A stretch of DNA of 64,000 nucleotides, taken from Eledone cirrhosa. Its lineage: Eukaryota. The position numbers and the translations under genes were made by a program. The notes under the pieces were generated by a model. It ran no database searches. It saw only the letters and a list, made by a program, of their open reading frames with translations, and was not told the origin of the DNA. Numbering within the stretch: position 1 is the first letter of the stretch; each line of letters begins with the position of its first letter. Shown here in pieces: positions 48,401 through 61,549 of the stretch. The stretch covers positions 26,784,001 through 26,848,000 of the forward strand of contig OZ024741.1 of NCBI GenBank assembly GCA_964016885.1. The letters are read 5' to 3'.

Positions 48401-49658
48401 GAAAATGTTTGTCACACCTTGTAACCTGGTCACTAATACAGTAGCTGAGGCTTATAAATGTATGTCTTGAGCCTAGAGGGTCATCTGTCCGGAATCTGTC
48501 ATAGTTTTATGTGGGATTAAGTGATTCAGAGTACAAGACTTTCCTCCTTAGACAGCTGCTGTTTAGTGGACAGGAGTAACATGCAATGAAGTACATTGCT
48601 TAAGGATACAATGTGCAGCTCAGTAAGAGGATTGAATTCTCAACTTTACAATCAAGAAACCAATACTTCAACATTCATACACATGACATGTCGATACCAG
48701 TAGAGTCTTGCGGACTACATTTGATTCCTCTTATGGCCATAATATTAATGGTTGTGATGGTTGTGATGTGGCTGGGGTGTGATGGTGGTAGTTGTGATGT
48801 GGTTGGGGTGTGATGGTGGTGATGTGGTTGGGTTGTGGTGGTGATAGTTGTGATGGTTGTGATGTGGTTGGGGTGTGATGGTGGTAGTTGTGATGGTTGG
48901 GGTGTGATGGTGGTAGTTGTGATGATGATGATGGTGATGTGGTTGGGGTGTGATGGTGGTGATGTGGTTGGGTTGTGGTGGTGATAGTTGCGATGGTTGT
49001 GATGTGGTTGGGGTGTGATGGTGGTAGTTGTGATGTGGTTGGGGTGTGATGGTTGTGATGTGGTTGGGGTGTGATGGTGGTAGTTGTGATGTGGTTGGGG
49101 TGTGATGGTGGTGATGTGGTTGGGTTGTGGTGGTGATAGTTGTGATGGTTGTGATGGTGGTAGTTGTGATGTGGTTGGATTGTGGTGGTGATAGTTGTGA
49201 TGGTTGTGATGGTGGTTGGGGCGTGATGGTGATGTGGTTGGGGTGTGGTGGTGATAGTTGTGATGGTTGTGATGGTGGTAGTTGTGATGTGGTTGGATTG
49301 TGGTGGTGATAGTTGTGATGGTTGTGATGGTGGTTGGGGCGTGATGGTGATGTGGTTGGGGTGTGGTGGTGGTAGTTGTGATGGTTGTGATGGTGGTTGG
49401 GGCGTGATGGTGATGTGGTTGGGGTGTGGTGGTGGTGATGTGGTTGGGTTGTGGTGGTGATAGTTGTGATGGTTGTGATGGTGGTTGGGGCGTGATGGGG
49501 GTGTGGTGGTGGTAGTTGTGGTGATGGTGTGGGTTTATTGTGAAAGTAATGATTATAATTAAGATGATAATTAAGATAGTGGTAATGATGATGATGATGA
49601 TGGAGAGAGAGAGATAAATAAACTTAGCTGGCTTTATATTAATTTTAGTTCTTACCTT

Positions 49659-49927
49659 CCACCTTCACCTCTCCACCTTCCCCTCTCTGCCTTTCATTCT
49701 CCACCTTCACCTCTCCACCTTCCCCTCTCTGCCTTTCATCCTCCACCTTCACCTCTCCACCTTCCCCTCTCTGCCTTTCATCCTCCACCTTCACCCTCCA
49801 CCTTCCCCTCTCTGCCTTTCACCCTCCACCTTCACCCTCCACCTTCCCCTCTCTGCCTTTCACCCTCCACCTTCACCCTCCACCTTCCCCTCTCTGCCTT
49901 TCATCCTCCACCTTCACCCTCCACCTT
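49659..49927. repeat. 41-42-bp pyrimidine-rich minisatellite, about 6.5 copies
   Basis: Unit CCACCTTCACCTCTCCACCTTCCCCTCTCTGCCTTTCATCCT. Confidence 0.93.
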
Positions 49928-50764
49928 TTGAAGGAATTAAGAATGAATGTTTTCTTTTTTATATCTTATTATTTTCTTCATCAATTGGATATCCTATGTA
50001 AAGTGTTTCATCTTCAGAGATTTTCAACAGTTTTATCATCACCATCATCACCATTGTTTTGATCATCATCATCATCAAGATCATTATTGTTATTGTTGTT
50101 TTTAATGATGTTTTATCATTATTATTATTATTATTCAAACCCCGCGAAGGTTAACTTTGCCTTTCATCCTTACGGGGTCAATAAAATAAAGTACCAGTAA
50201 TGTACTGGTTTATTGCTGGCCTTGTGCCAAAAGTAGAAACAATTATTATTATTATTATCATTTTCTTACCACTATTACTACTATCACTACTACTACCACC
50301 ACTTCTACCTCCATCACCACCACTACTACTACTACTACTATTACTACCACTACTACTACCACTACCACTGTTGATACTACTCCCAACACCACTACTACTA
50401 CTACTGCCACTACTACTACCAACACCACTGTTGCTACTACTACCACTACTGCCACTACTACTACTACAAATACTACTACTACTACTACTACCACCATCAC
50501 CATTACTACTGCTATTACCACCACCACCACCACTACTACCACTACTACTACCACCAGTACCACCACCACTGCTGGTAAAAGAGCAAAAGAAGCCACTTAA
50601 ATCCTATAAAGCTAATGGTATAATTTTATTTTCTGTGAGAAATATTTGTGATATTAGATCTAATTTGATTTGTATTGTCTTCAGTATTTCTAAAGTGATA
50701 TACTTAAAATTATCATCTACTGCAGATGTGGTTTCAGAAGATCACACCCTCCTCCTTCAAACCA

Positions 50765-51130
50765 ACTTCTAGGTGTGTGTGTGTCTATGTGTGTGTGTGT
50801 TTTTATGTGTGTGTGTATTGATAGGAAAAAGAAAAACCCTCAACCTACTTCTAGATGTGTGTGTGTGTGTGTGTTTGTGTATATAACAACTTCTAGATGT
50901 GTGTGTGTGTATAATAACTTCTAGATGTGTATGTGTGTTTGTGTATGTGTGTGTGTGTATTGATAGCAAAAAAAAAACAACCAAACCAACTTCTAGATGT
51001 GTATGTGTGTGTGTTTGAGTATGTATGTGTGTATATTGATACCCCCCCCCCCCCCCAATCAACTTCTAGATGTGTATGTGTTTGTGTATGTATGTGTGTG
51101 TATGACAACTTCTAGATGTAAGTGTATTGA
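50765..51130. repeat. Irregular repeat anchored on AACTTCTAGATGTG
   Basis: About 7 anchors separated by TG runs. Confidence 0.8.
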
Positions 51131-51219
51131 TAGAAAACACAAGACACAAATCAGCTGGTGTTTATATAATATCATCATCATCATTGTAATTTTATATCTG
51201 CTTTTTTCTATGCTGGCAT

Positions 51220-51502
51220 GGTTTGGTCATGGTTTGGTCATAGTCATAGTTTGGTAATGGTCATAGTTTGGTCATGATCATTGTTTGGTCATGATCATGG
51301 TTTGGTCATAGTTTGGTCATGGTCAAAGTTTGGTCATGGTCATGGTTTTGTCATGGTCATAGTTTGGTCATGATCATGGTTTGGTCATAGTTTGGTCATG
51401 GTCATGGTTTGGTCATGGTCATAGTTTGGTCATCGTCATAGTTTTGTCATGGTCATGGTTTGGTCATGGTCATGGTCATAGTTTGGTCATGGTTATGGTT
51501 TG
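51220..51502. repeat. TTTGGTCAT(GGTCAT)n minisatellite
   Basis: Hexamer-based 12-18-bp units. Confidence 0.92.
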
Positions 51503-52837
51503 CTTTAAAATGTATATACAAGGTGAGCATAAAGTCTTTGAAACCACAAAACACTGAGCTTTTTGTTTCTTAGACTAGCATTTTTTTCAACACACTGATG
51601 CGTATGTGTATATGTGTGTATGTGTGTATGCATTCATTTATATGTATGAGTATATAAATATAAACACGCAAACATAGACACACTTACAAAATTAGACACT
51701 CGTAGACATACATTCACACATACACACACATTTATACAAACACACACATACACATACGTTCACACTATAAATTAAAACAATGAAAAAGTAAAATCTCAAA
51801 TAGTATCTGAGATATGGTATTTTGGTATTTTATAATTAGGGAAAGACTTTCTGCTTACCCTGTATTCATCTAAAACCTTCCTTCATAATTCCATGTAAGA
51901 ATCAAGTAATATTCCATACATCAGATTGATAACGAGATAATTAAGTTATATTACGAGATCTTAGCAAATTCTTGACTATTTTCAAATGATTTAAAAATCA
52001 TAGTGTCTTTCATGAGTAATTATATATGATTATGAAATAGTTAAATTCATGGTTGAGTGGTTAACAGTTGTTTAGACATAATGATAATGATGATGATGAT
52101 AATAATCATGAAAGTATCTTTAAGAAATGGATTTTAATGATAAACAGAGAAAGGGAGAACATGTTGGGGGAAGAAAAAATTAAATAATGAAAAAAGGGGA
52201 AAGGGAGGTACAAACTCCACACCTCTAGCTAGCATCTTAGTAATCAAATAATAAATAATTTTAATAAATTCCTCAAAATTCTTCATTAATTAATTGAAAT
52301 AGAGTGTATTTCATTAGAAATATATCCACAAAAGGGTTAAAAATATAAAACAACAATTTTTGTTTGAGTTTGAATTCCCTCAATAGAGGTTAACTTCCAA
52401 AAATATTTGACTGATAATATAAAGAAGTCATTAAACCTTTGATGGTAAAAAAAAGACCAGAATATATCTCTCACCTGTTCATATTTTCCACTAGTTCAGT
52501 GATATATTTTTTATTGAACTCATCCCATTTCAATCAAATCTCTTTCTTTTTTCTTGTTATTTTTGCTTAGTCATTATTTTATTCATGTATTTCTCAAACT
52601 CCCATGATATATTTTTCTGTATATTCAATACAATTATTTTCCTTTCAAATGCTGCACACACATATTTTATTTTTAAGATTGTAAAAAAATAAAAATAAAA
52701 ATAAAAAAATAAAAAGTCCATTTATATAAAATAAAATTATCAAAAGGATAAAATCTACTTCATCTTATCTTTGATCTTTTTTCCTTCCTCTTCTACCTTA
52801 AACCAAAATTTCTGCTCTCTCTCCAACTCTCCAACAA

Positions 52838-53178
52838 GTTGCAGGTGGGGATTGCAGCTGGATGCACAATATCAGTAATATGGTTTGTGCTTTGAATAGA
52901 AGTCATCTTGTGAAGTACAACCTTTTCATGACCGTGAAATAAAGATCCACTCCAGAAAGAAAGCTTTCATGGATAACATTGTATTGTTGGCAAATGGTAG
53001 AAATCCTGTGCAAACCGGATGATCTAATAAGTTTAACAAGAATGCATTTCAAATCAAAGAAACCACATAGGGTGACCCTTGTCAAAGGAAGGGAAAAAGA
53101 AGTGAAGTACAAGGTTGCAGGAGAGGTCATGTCAGCAGTAGTGAAGAAACTGGGGATGTTTTATTATGGGTCACTTAC
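52838..53178 (+). pseudogene. Hero-like (restriction-like endonuclease non-LTR) RT remnant
   Basis: LQVGIAAGCTISVIWFVL, KAFMDNI, RMHFKSKK..LVKG, VKKLGMFYYGSL; contains stops and frameshifts. Confidence 0.7.
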
Positions 53179-53871
53179 TAGAGTTGGTTGAAAAGTTCAT
53201 AGGCTGACTATGACAGTGTGATGTTAGAGCTGTGAAATTCTGCATGCATTAATTTCAATTCTTCTGGGTGCCTCTACTGAGTGCCTTTTTGACACCTACA
53301 CAACCATTTTACAGTGTGGACTGTGTCTGTTCGTCTATATGTCTGTGTCTTTGTCAATCAGTCTATCTATTTATCTCTCAGTCTGTCTGTCTTTCTTTGT
53401 GTGTCTGTCTATTAGTCTATGTATATGTCAGCCTGTCTATCTGTCTCTCTATATATCCATCTATCTATTTATTTGTATATCTATTTGTCTGTCTATCAGT
53501 CTTTCTGTCTATCTATCTCTCTGTTTATTTGTCTGTTTATCTATCTATTTATCCACCTCCTTCTCCCTCCCTCCATCTCCTCCTCACTCTCCCCTCCCTC
53601 TCTATTTCTCCCTCCCCCCTCTGTGTCTGTGGACCACAAAGATATTAAAGAAACATAACAGTCAATTCTTAACCATAAAATCTCTTCCTTTTTAATCTTC
53701 AAATAATCTATTGATGCTTAATAAATAGAGAACAACCATATTGGATTTTATGTGTATGTGTGTGTATATGTGTGTGTCGGTGTATGTGTGTGTGTGCCTG
53801 TCTGTGTCTATATGTATATGTGGGTGTTTATATATGTTGATATGTCTTTTATGTGTTTCCGTATGTATGTC

Positions 53872-53902
<31 letters not shown>

Positions 53903-54298
53903 TAGTATGTTTTTTTTAACCAGTTCTTATACATTACTGACATTTCTGCAACCATCACCACTACTACCAATACCATCACCAACAACCATTACCAACACAA
54001 CAACCACCAACACCACAACCTACACAACCACCACCACCATCACTACAAACATAAACACCACCACTACCACTACTACCACCACTACCACCTACACAACCTC
54101 CACTACTACAACTACCACTACTACCTCCAACACTACCAACACGACCACCACTGCTACCACTACCCACACAGCCACCACTACTACCACCACCACTACCCAC
54201 ACAGCCACCACCACTACCCACGCAACCACCACATGTTGGCACTACAACCTTAGCTTACCAACAGAAGGTTGTTAGATTCTCTGCTGTTTTATAGAATA

Positions 54299-55207
54299 CT
54301 AGCAGTGGTACCCGGCGTTGCACGGGATAAGGTATTTTGGAATGCACCTACAACAGACCTAATCGTGGAAAAACTGCATGCCTGGATAATATGTAAAGAA
54401 AATAAACCGAAAACTCTGATGGCTGGATAATCTTTAAGATTTTATTCGATGAAGCAGGAAAAATGCAGGTTTTCACCTAGGGGATCAAGAAAATGAAATT
54501 TTTTTATGTGCATAATATGCTTTGAAATTTCGGGAAAATCGGCTAGACGTATAACGCCTCCAAAAAAAAAAAAGCTGTAAAAATGAAGTTTTTCACCTAA
54601 TGCGGGCCCTAGGCCATAAGAAAGTTGGATTTTCTTTGCTTACGGTATGAAGAAGAGACTGACCAATACATAGTTACAATTTCAAGGAAATCGGTCTGAC
54701 ATAACACCTAAAAAAAACCCATAAAAATCTTTAAAAACACAGTTTTTTACCTAATGCAGGCCCTAGGAGATAAAAAAAAGTTGAATTTTTTTATGTGCAT
54801 AACACTCCCTGAAACATAAGTAATACACATGTAAAGTTTGAAAAAAATCGATTGGGAACTTCTCGAGTTTTAGGGATTCAAACTCACACACACACACAGA
54901 GACAGACATTCCCAGGGAAGTGACGTAATGCAGACAGCCAGACATACAGACATATATTATAAGGGTGCAACGTTATATGTATGTATCTTTCTAATAAGAG
55001 AAAGACTAAGAATTATATAGAGAGATCGCTAAATCGCCTAATGCGGTCCCTAGGGCATTGAAAATTTGAAATTTGTTTTGCTCAGAACACTCCCTGAAAC
55101 ATAAGTATTACATGTGTAATTTGAAAACAGTCGGTTGGGTGGTTCTCGAGTTTTAGGGATTTAAACTCACACACACAGACAGATATCCTCAGTTTGATAT
55201 ATATAGA
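54299..55207 (-). mobile_element. Non-autonomous Helitron
   Basis: Minus strand starts A|TCTATATATATC and ends CCCGTGCAACGCCGGG (hairpin, 54311-54326)-TACCACTG-CTAG|T; no TSD. Confidence 0.88.
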
Positions 55208-55789
55208 TTAATGCTGACTGAGATTTCAAAGAAAACATGCTAAAACATGGCAGCATTTTTATTAAACAAAACAATATTAACAAAAGGAAGACAACAACAA
55301 CAGCAGCAGATACAACAACAGATACAACAATAACAACAACAACAGATACAACAACTGATACAACAACAACAACAATAGCAATTATAACAATAACAACAGA
55401 TATAACGACAACAGTAACAACAGATATAATCACAACATACAACAGATATAGCAACATTTTAAACATTAGTTTAAAAAAAACCAATTAGGATTATATAGAC
55501 ATATCTATACACTTATGTATGTATGTGTGTGTGTGTATGTGTGTGTGTGTGTATGTATGTATATATGTGTGTATGTATGTATGTGTGTGTGTGTGTGTGT
55601 GTGTGTATGTATATGTGTGTATGTAAAGAAAGGCCTTACACTGGACCAATCCCACTCTCTTAACAATGGTGACAGGTATCCAAAAAGTAAACAGGTCAAC
55701 ATCATTGGCTGCCATCAAGGTTTTATATCAGAGGTTTCTTTCTAGATGATGACCTAACAAGGACAAACGGTCTTTCACCCCTGGTGAAC

Positions 55790-56062
55790 TAACCACGTGT
55801 TTAGACACCAAACTGAGTATTTCACTTCTTTAATATGTGAAGTTTTGTATGCAGATGATTGTGATGTTGTTGCTCACTCTGAGAGTGACATGCAGAACCT
55901 GATGGATTTATTTTCAGAAGCATGCAGCACATTGGATCTGTCAGTCTGGTCAAGACAGGTTGTCATGTATCAACCTGCTCCAGGCATGGATTTCACTGAG
56001 CCTAGCATTTATATGTATGGTAAAACGTTGAAGGTCGTGGATAAATTGTGTACTCTCAGGTT
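55790..56062 (+). pseudogene. RTE/BovB-like RT remnant
   Basis: VLYADDCDVVAHSESDMQNLMDLFSEAC..VMYQPAPG..LKVVDK. Confidence 0.82.
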
Positions 56063-56399
56063 CATAATAATAGAGGGGGGTAAATAGAGAGGGGGTTGGA
56101 CATTTGCTTAAATTCTTATAAGTGTGGAGGGTTGGAATAAATGGGGGCGGGGGAAGCAGTAATTATATAGTGTATGTTCGTAAATATGGGATTTCTTGTT
56201 ATGTTATTTTTTTGTCATATATAATATTTTTTAATGTAAAATAAAATTATTAGATTCTCCAGCTGCTGTATCAATATGAATCACAATAAAATTTCGCCAG
56301 AAATAGAGTGGCAAAATTTAATAAGTGGTGGGGAGGATAAAAGCAGTGGGAGTGAGGAGGTTTGTTCAAGAGTATTTAGGCAGTACAGTTAACATGACA

Positions 56400-56925
56400 A
56401 ACACTGTATCATCACAATCTTCTCTCTTGCACACTGCATCTGATTCCTCTAATGCCCAGTTTGTCTCTCATTCTTGCTTCAGTATTCATCCACATTAATA
56501 TTATCTATCCAAAGGATCATGCTTTCTCTCAACCCTTTCCATATCTACTGCAACATCACACTTCTCACAGAGGGTCATATAATCTACCCTTCACACTAAC
56601 AGTGAATTCCTTTATTACCAACATAAGAAGTAGCTCCTCACACTTCTCACACAGAGGGTCATATAATCTACCCTTCACACTAACAGTGAATTCCTTTATT
56701 ACCAACATAAGAAGTAGCTCCTCACACTTCTCACAGAGGGTCATATAATCTACCCTTCACACTAACAGTGAATTCCTTTATTACCAACGTAAGAAGTAGC
56801 TCCTCACACTTCTCACAGAGGGTCATATAATCTACCCTTCACACTAACAGTGAATTCCTTTATTACCAACATAAGAAGTAGCTCCCCAAACGTTTTCCAT
56901 CCTCATATTCTAGCTATTATGCTAT
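56400..56925 (-). mobile_element. Old RTE fragment with internal 4x tandem amplification (82-84 bp, 56557-56885)
   Basis: Unit translates on minus strand as RELLLMLVIKEFTVSVKGRLYD; flanks give WKTFGEL and KLGIRGIRCSVQERRL. Confidence 0.8.
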
Positions 56926-57196
56926 CTCTTCAAACTTTAGACTATTTTCAAAATTATTTAAAAATAATAGTTTCTACTTTTGGCACAAGGCCAGCAATTT
57001 GAAGGAAAGGGGGAAAAGTTGATTAAATTGACCCCAGTGCATTACTAGTACTTTATTTTATCAACCTCGTAAGGATGAAAGGCAAAGCTAACCTAAGTGG
57101 GATTTGAACTAAAAATGTAAAGGGACATAACTCTATGCTGTCAAGTATGTTGCCCGACGTTCTGCCAATACTGCCAATCCATCACCCTAAATTATT

Positions 57197-57296
57197 TTAA
57201 CCTTCTGGACGCTATAGACACATCATGTTGCCAATAGAGTGATCTCCCCTTAATACATAATACAATTCATTAAAAATTCAGCATCCTAAAGGTTAA
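57197..57296. mobile_element. 100-bp TTAA-flanked MITE
   Basis: Imperfect TIR TTAACCTTCTGGACGCT / AGCATCCTAAAGGTTAA. Confidence 0.6.
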
Positions 57297-58363
57297 AATA
57301 GTAGATAGTGTAAGTTTACTCATGTCTAGAATGCTCAGTCACTTACATATTAATTTAATGCAACAGTAGTTCAGCTGATGGAACAATTGAACGTTCATTA
57401 TGAAAACTGAGGGAAACTCCATCATTATTATTTCTATGGTGGTGGTGGTGGTCATGGTTGGCAACTGATACCCACCTTTTTGTGGTATGTCATTGAACAA
57501 AGAATAAGAGAAATGTTGATTTAATTTAGTGATTATTTAATTTAGAATTGGTTGTTCTCTGATGCCACACTTTTGGCTGCCATCACAACTGAGAATAAAA
57601 TAAAGCAACTATGTTAAAAATCTATTGAGTTGTTAACTCTAATATAAACACAATTAAGACATCTAGAAAAGTCCATTTTCTATCTTTTGTCTTAAAACCC
57701 AGAAAGGATAAAATAAATTGACTTAATGTAATTAAAAATCAAGATCAATAATTGTAAGGAACATTTCCATGAAAACTAAAATTTATTTAAGTTACTTGAA
57801 GACATTTTATTACAAGGATACAAAAAGAAAGCCAGATAAACATAGAAATGATCTGTGTTTGATATTGAAATTCAATAAAACCTCTTTATCTCACTGAGTT
57901 GACCACTTAAATGAAATGAGGTTTATTTGTTAACTTAATAAAAATGATTTCACATCTGGTCTCTGAAAAACTTCTCCGACAGTTGATGCTTAATTACACA
58001 GGCACCCAGTTAAATCAAGATGAAGAAATAGTTGTGACTATCTTATGAATTTACCTTGGCTTCAGGTGAATAAATTTTCTATGTTTACATCAACATAAAC
58101 ATATGTACACACTGTCACATTGAATTAGGGGCTCTGATTATTAAGGACTACCACTGAAAATATTGACTCTAGAAAGAGAGTTTTATTAAAAACCAGAAAT
58201 AGGGATTTTAATTTGTTATTTTAGTTTTTTCCTCCGGGTTAAAAGATTTTATAAAATACCCCAAAAAAATAAAACCTGGAAATTTTAGCCCAGAATCAAA
58301 ACAAATGAAATTCATTTATGAGTTTTGTTAAAAAACTTGGGTATTTATTGTATAGAGTCACAG

Positions 58364-58550
58364 TTGGTGGTGCTGATGGAGGGTGTTGGTTGTGCTGATA
58401 GGGGATGTTGGTGGTGGGGATAGGGGGTATTGGTGGTGCTGATGGGGGTGTTGGTTGTGCTGATAGGGGATATTGGTGGTGCTGATGGGGGTGTTGGTTG
58501 TGCTGATAGGGGATATTGGTGGTGCTGATGGGGGTGTTGGTTGTGCTGAT
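58364..58550. repeat. 43-bp G-rich minisatellite
   Basis: Unit TTGGTGGTGCTGATGGGGGTGTTGGTTGTGCTGATAGGGGATA. Confidence 0.88.
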
Positions 58551-58964
58551 ACTTATGCTGGTTGGCTGAGCAGATAGGGAGGAATAAAGGGGAAGATGAG
58601 GTGGGCAAGGAAAAAAGGGAATTATATATTTGTGTGTATCTGTACATGCAGACATGCCCACCATGTGAGTGACAGGGTCAGGTTTTAAAAACTTGTGTGG
58701 ACTGCCAGATCCTACATGTGAGTGACTGTCATATTTCAATGACTTAACACATCGATGTCACCCACTATACTCTCTCCAGCTTTGATAGCAAGTTTAACTC
58801 ATTTACTTATTAACAGGAATAATTCTGGACAACAAATTTAAGGCTTAGAAGACCATAACTTGGGATAACACTTGAATAAAATGTTTAAATTTATTTTGTT
58901 TTATCAATTATTGTTGTTGTATTAATTAGGCAGCAAAATTAACCTCTAGAATTTCGTCTGTCTT

Positions 58965-59500
58965 GTTAACCCATAATTTACTGTAGTTGACAGTGGAAAA
59001 TATTAAAGTTAACCCATAATTTACAGTATTTGACAGAAGGGATTATTAAGGTTAACCCATAGTTGACAGTGGGGAATATTAAAGTTAATCCTTTATTTAC
59101 AGTAGTTGACAGTGGGGAATATTAAAGTTAATCCTTTATTTACTGTAGTTGACAGTGGGGAATATTAAAGTTAACCCTTTATTTACAGTAGTTGACAGTG
59201 GGGAATATTAAAGTTAACCCTTTATTTACTGTAGTTGACAGTGGGGAATATTAAAGTTAACCCTTTATTTACAGTAGTTGACAGTGGGGAATATTAAAGT
59301 TAACCCTTTATTTACTGTAGTTGACAGTGGGGAATATTAAAGTTAACCCTTTATTTACAGTAGTTGACAGTGGGGAATATTAAAGTTAACCCTTTATTTA
59401 CAGTAGTTGACAGTGGGGAATATTAAAGTTAACCCTTTATTTACAGTAGTTGACAGTGGGGAATATTAAAGTTAACCCTTTATTTACAGTAGTTGACAGT
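58965..59500. repeat. 43-bp minisatellite, about 12 copies
   Basis: Unit GTTAACCCTTTATTTACAGTAGTTGACAGTGGGGAATATTAAA. Confidence 0.95.
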
Positions 59501-59984
59501 ATATAAGATCCACCAGCGGGAAATATAACAAAATGTCTAATTTGAAGTAATCATTCAAACAACTTCATATAAGACCTTGATGATATATTTTGAACATTTT
59601 TTTTTAAATCAAAAGAAAAATTTATTATTTTATATCATCAAATACAGTAATTGCTTCACTGTGTTCAACTTTGAAATAATTGACTTTGTAATTAGTGGAA
59701 GAAATGAAAGAACTAAAATAGATTTGTAAGTTTTTAAATAATTATCTCCTTTATTTTCAGGAAATCTTGCTTCCATTTGTGAATTATTCCATGGAGAAAG
59801 TGCTGTGCAAACAAACATTCTCTTTATTCTCTGGCAAAGGTTGTTAACCTGACATTTTCTAGCTTGGTATGTAACATTTTATAGTTTATATCCTTCATAT
59901 ACCTGTATATATAATGATGTGTATCCAGTGATAAAAACACAATTATATTGATAAAAAGAAATGATTTTTTTTTTTTGAGAATGT

Positions 59985-60430
59985 GATGATCTTGATCATG
60001 ATGATGATGTAATTAGAGAAAATGATGATGATGGTGATGTAATTAGAGAAAATGATGATGATGATGATGTAATTAGAGAAAATGATGATGATGATGATGT
60101 AATTAGAGAAAAATATGATGATGATGATGATGGTGGTGATGTTGATGATAATGATGCTGGTGATGTAATTAGAGAAAATTATGATGATAATATTGATGAT
60201 GATGATGGTGATGTAATTAGAGAAATGTTATGTTGATGGTGGTGATGATGATGGTAATGGTGGTGATAGTGATGTTGATGTTAATGATGATTTTGATGAT
60301 GGTGATGTTGATATCAAAAGAGAAATGTTATGATGATGATATAAATAGAAAAATGATGATGATAGTGTTGATGATGGTGTAAATAGAGAAATATATTGAT
60401 GGAGACGATGATGATGATGATGTTTATGAT
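59985..60430. repeat. (GAT)n-rich repeat with GTAATTAGAGAAAA anchors
   Basis: Direct reading. Confidence 0.88.
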
Positions 60431-60587
60431 TCCTTTCTATAATTTTAAAACTTAAGACAAGAAAAGAACATAAATGGTAAAGTGTTTGTTTAAGTGGGTT
60501 GGTGGGTAGCTACACACACACACACAGAATAATAATAAAAAGGACGAGGTATTAAATCTTCATTACATATATATATATATACATATA

Positions 60588-60644
<57 letters not shown>

Positions 60645-60729
60645 TCATCATCATTTTACATATATATATATATATACATATATACATATATATATACATA
60701 TATGTATATATATATATATACATATATAT

Positions 60730-60913
60730 CAAATCAACTTTTTAAATGGAAGTTGCATTATTTATAAGGTATGTCAAAAATTATTTATAAAACAGCTTAT
60801 GTATTGTATTTTGTCTGAGGAAGGCATACCATATTTTTAATATGATATCCCTGAAATATATATAACGAAATAAATATGGTTTTATAAATATAGTTTCCAT
60901 TTGTTTAATATCG
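60730..60913 (+). mobile_element. Penelope-like 3' terminus (family 1, diverged) between (TA)n tracts
   Basis: Tail TAAATATGGTTTTATAAATATAGTTTCCATTT is shared with the 10669 and 37676 copies. Confidence 0.82.
60809..60870 (+). ncRNA. Type I hammerhead ribozyme (family 1 variant)
   Basis: UUUUGU-CUGAGGA-AGG(C)AUA(C)CAUAUU-UUU-AAUAUG(A)UAU(C)CCU-GAAA-UAUAUA-UA|ACGAAA. Confidence 0.87.
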
Positions 60914-60967
60914 TATATATATATATATATACATATATATATGCACATATATATACATATATATATG

Positions 60968-61532
60968 AATCAAATGCTGTGTGCAGGAGAGGCAGTTACG
61001 TTGGTATGGACATGTGATGCGTATGAAGGATGACAGTTATATAAAAAGGTGCAGAGCATTAGAAGTCGATGGAAACCGCGGGGTGGGGAGACCCAAGAAG
61101 ACCTGGGATGAGGTGATAAAAGCCAACCTTACCCAATTACACCTCTCAAAGGCGATGACACACGACCGTGACCTCTGGCTTCGTGTAGTAATACAGAAGA
61201 CCCCCCCACGGGTACAAGGCGAAGCTGAAGCATATAGACAATATGCCCCCACACCTTCCCACTTCAAAGTGGTCGTGGAGGTGCCACGGCAAAAAAGTAC
61301 CCAGCTCACACTGTAAAGTGGACGTGTAGGCGCCACGAAAAAGCATCCAGCACTCACTGTAAATGAGGTTGGTGTTAGGAAGGGCATCCAGCTGTAGAAA
61401 TCAAGCCAGAATCAGTTCCTGTATGAGCAAGGCATGGTCAGCCGACCGGACACTGCCCTCAACAGGACAACCCGTCTAACCCATGCTAGCGTGGAAGAAC
61501 GGACGTAAAACGATGATGATGATGTTGATGAT
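60968..61532 (+). mobile_element. RTE 3' fragment (subfamily whose UTR matches the SINE family 1 tail)
   Basis: LRWYGHVMR..GRPKKTW, then UTR and (GAT)n. Confidence 0.9.
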
Positions 61533-61549
61533 ATATACATACATATATA

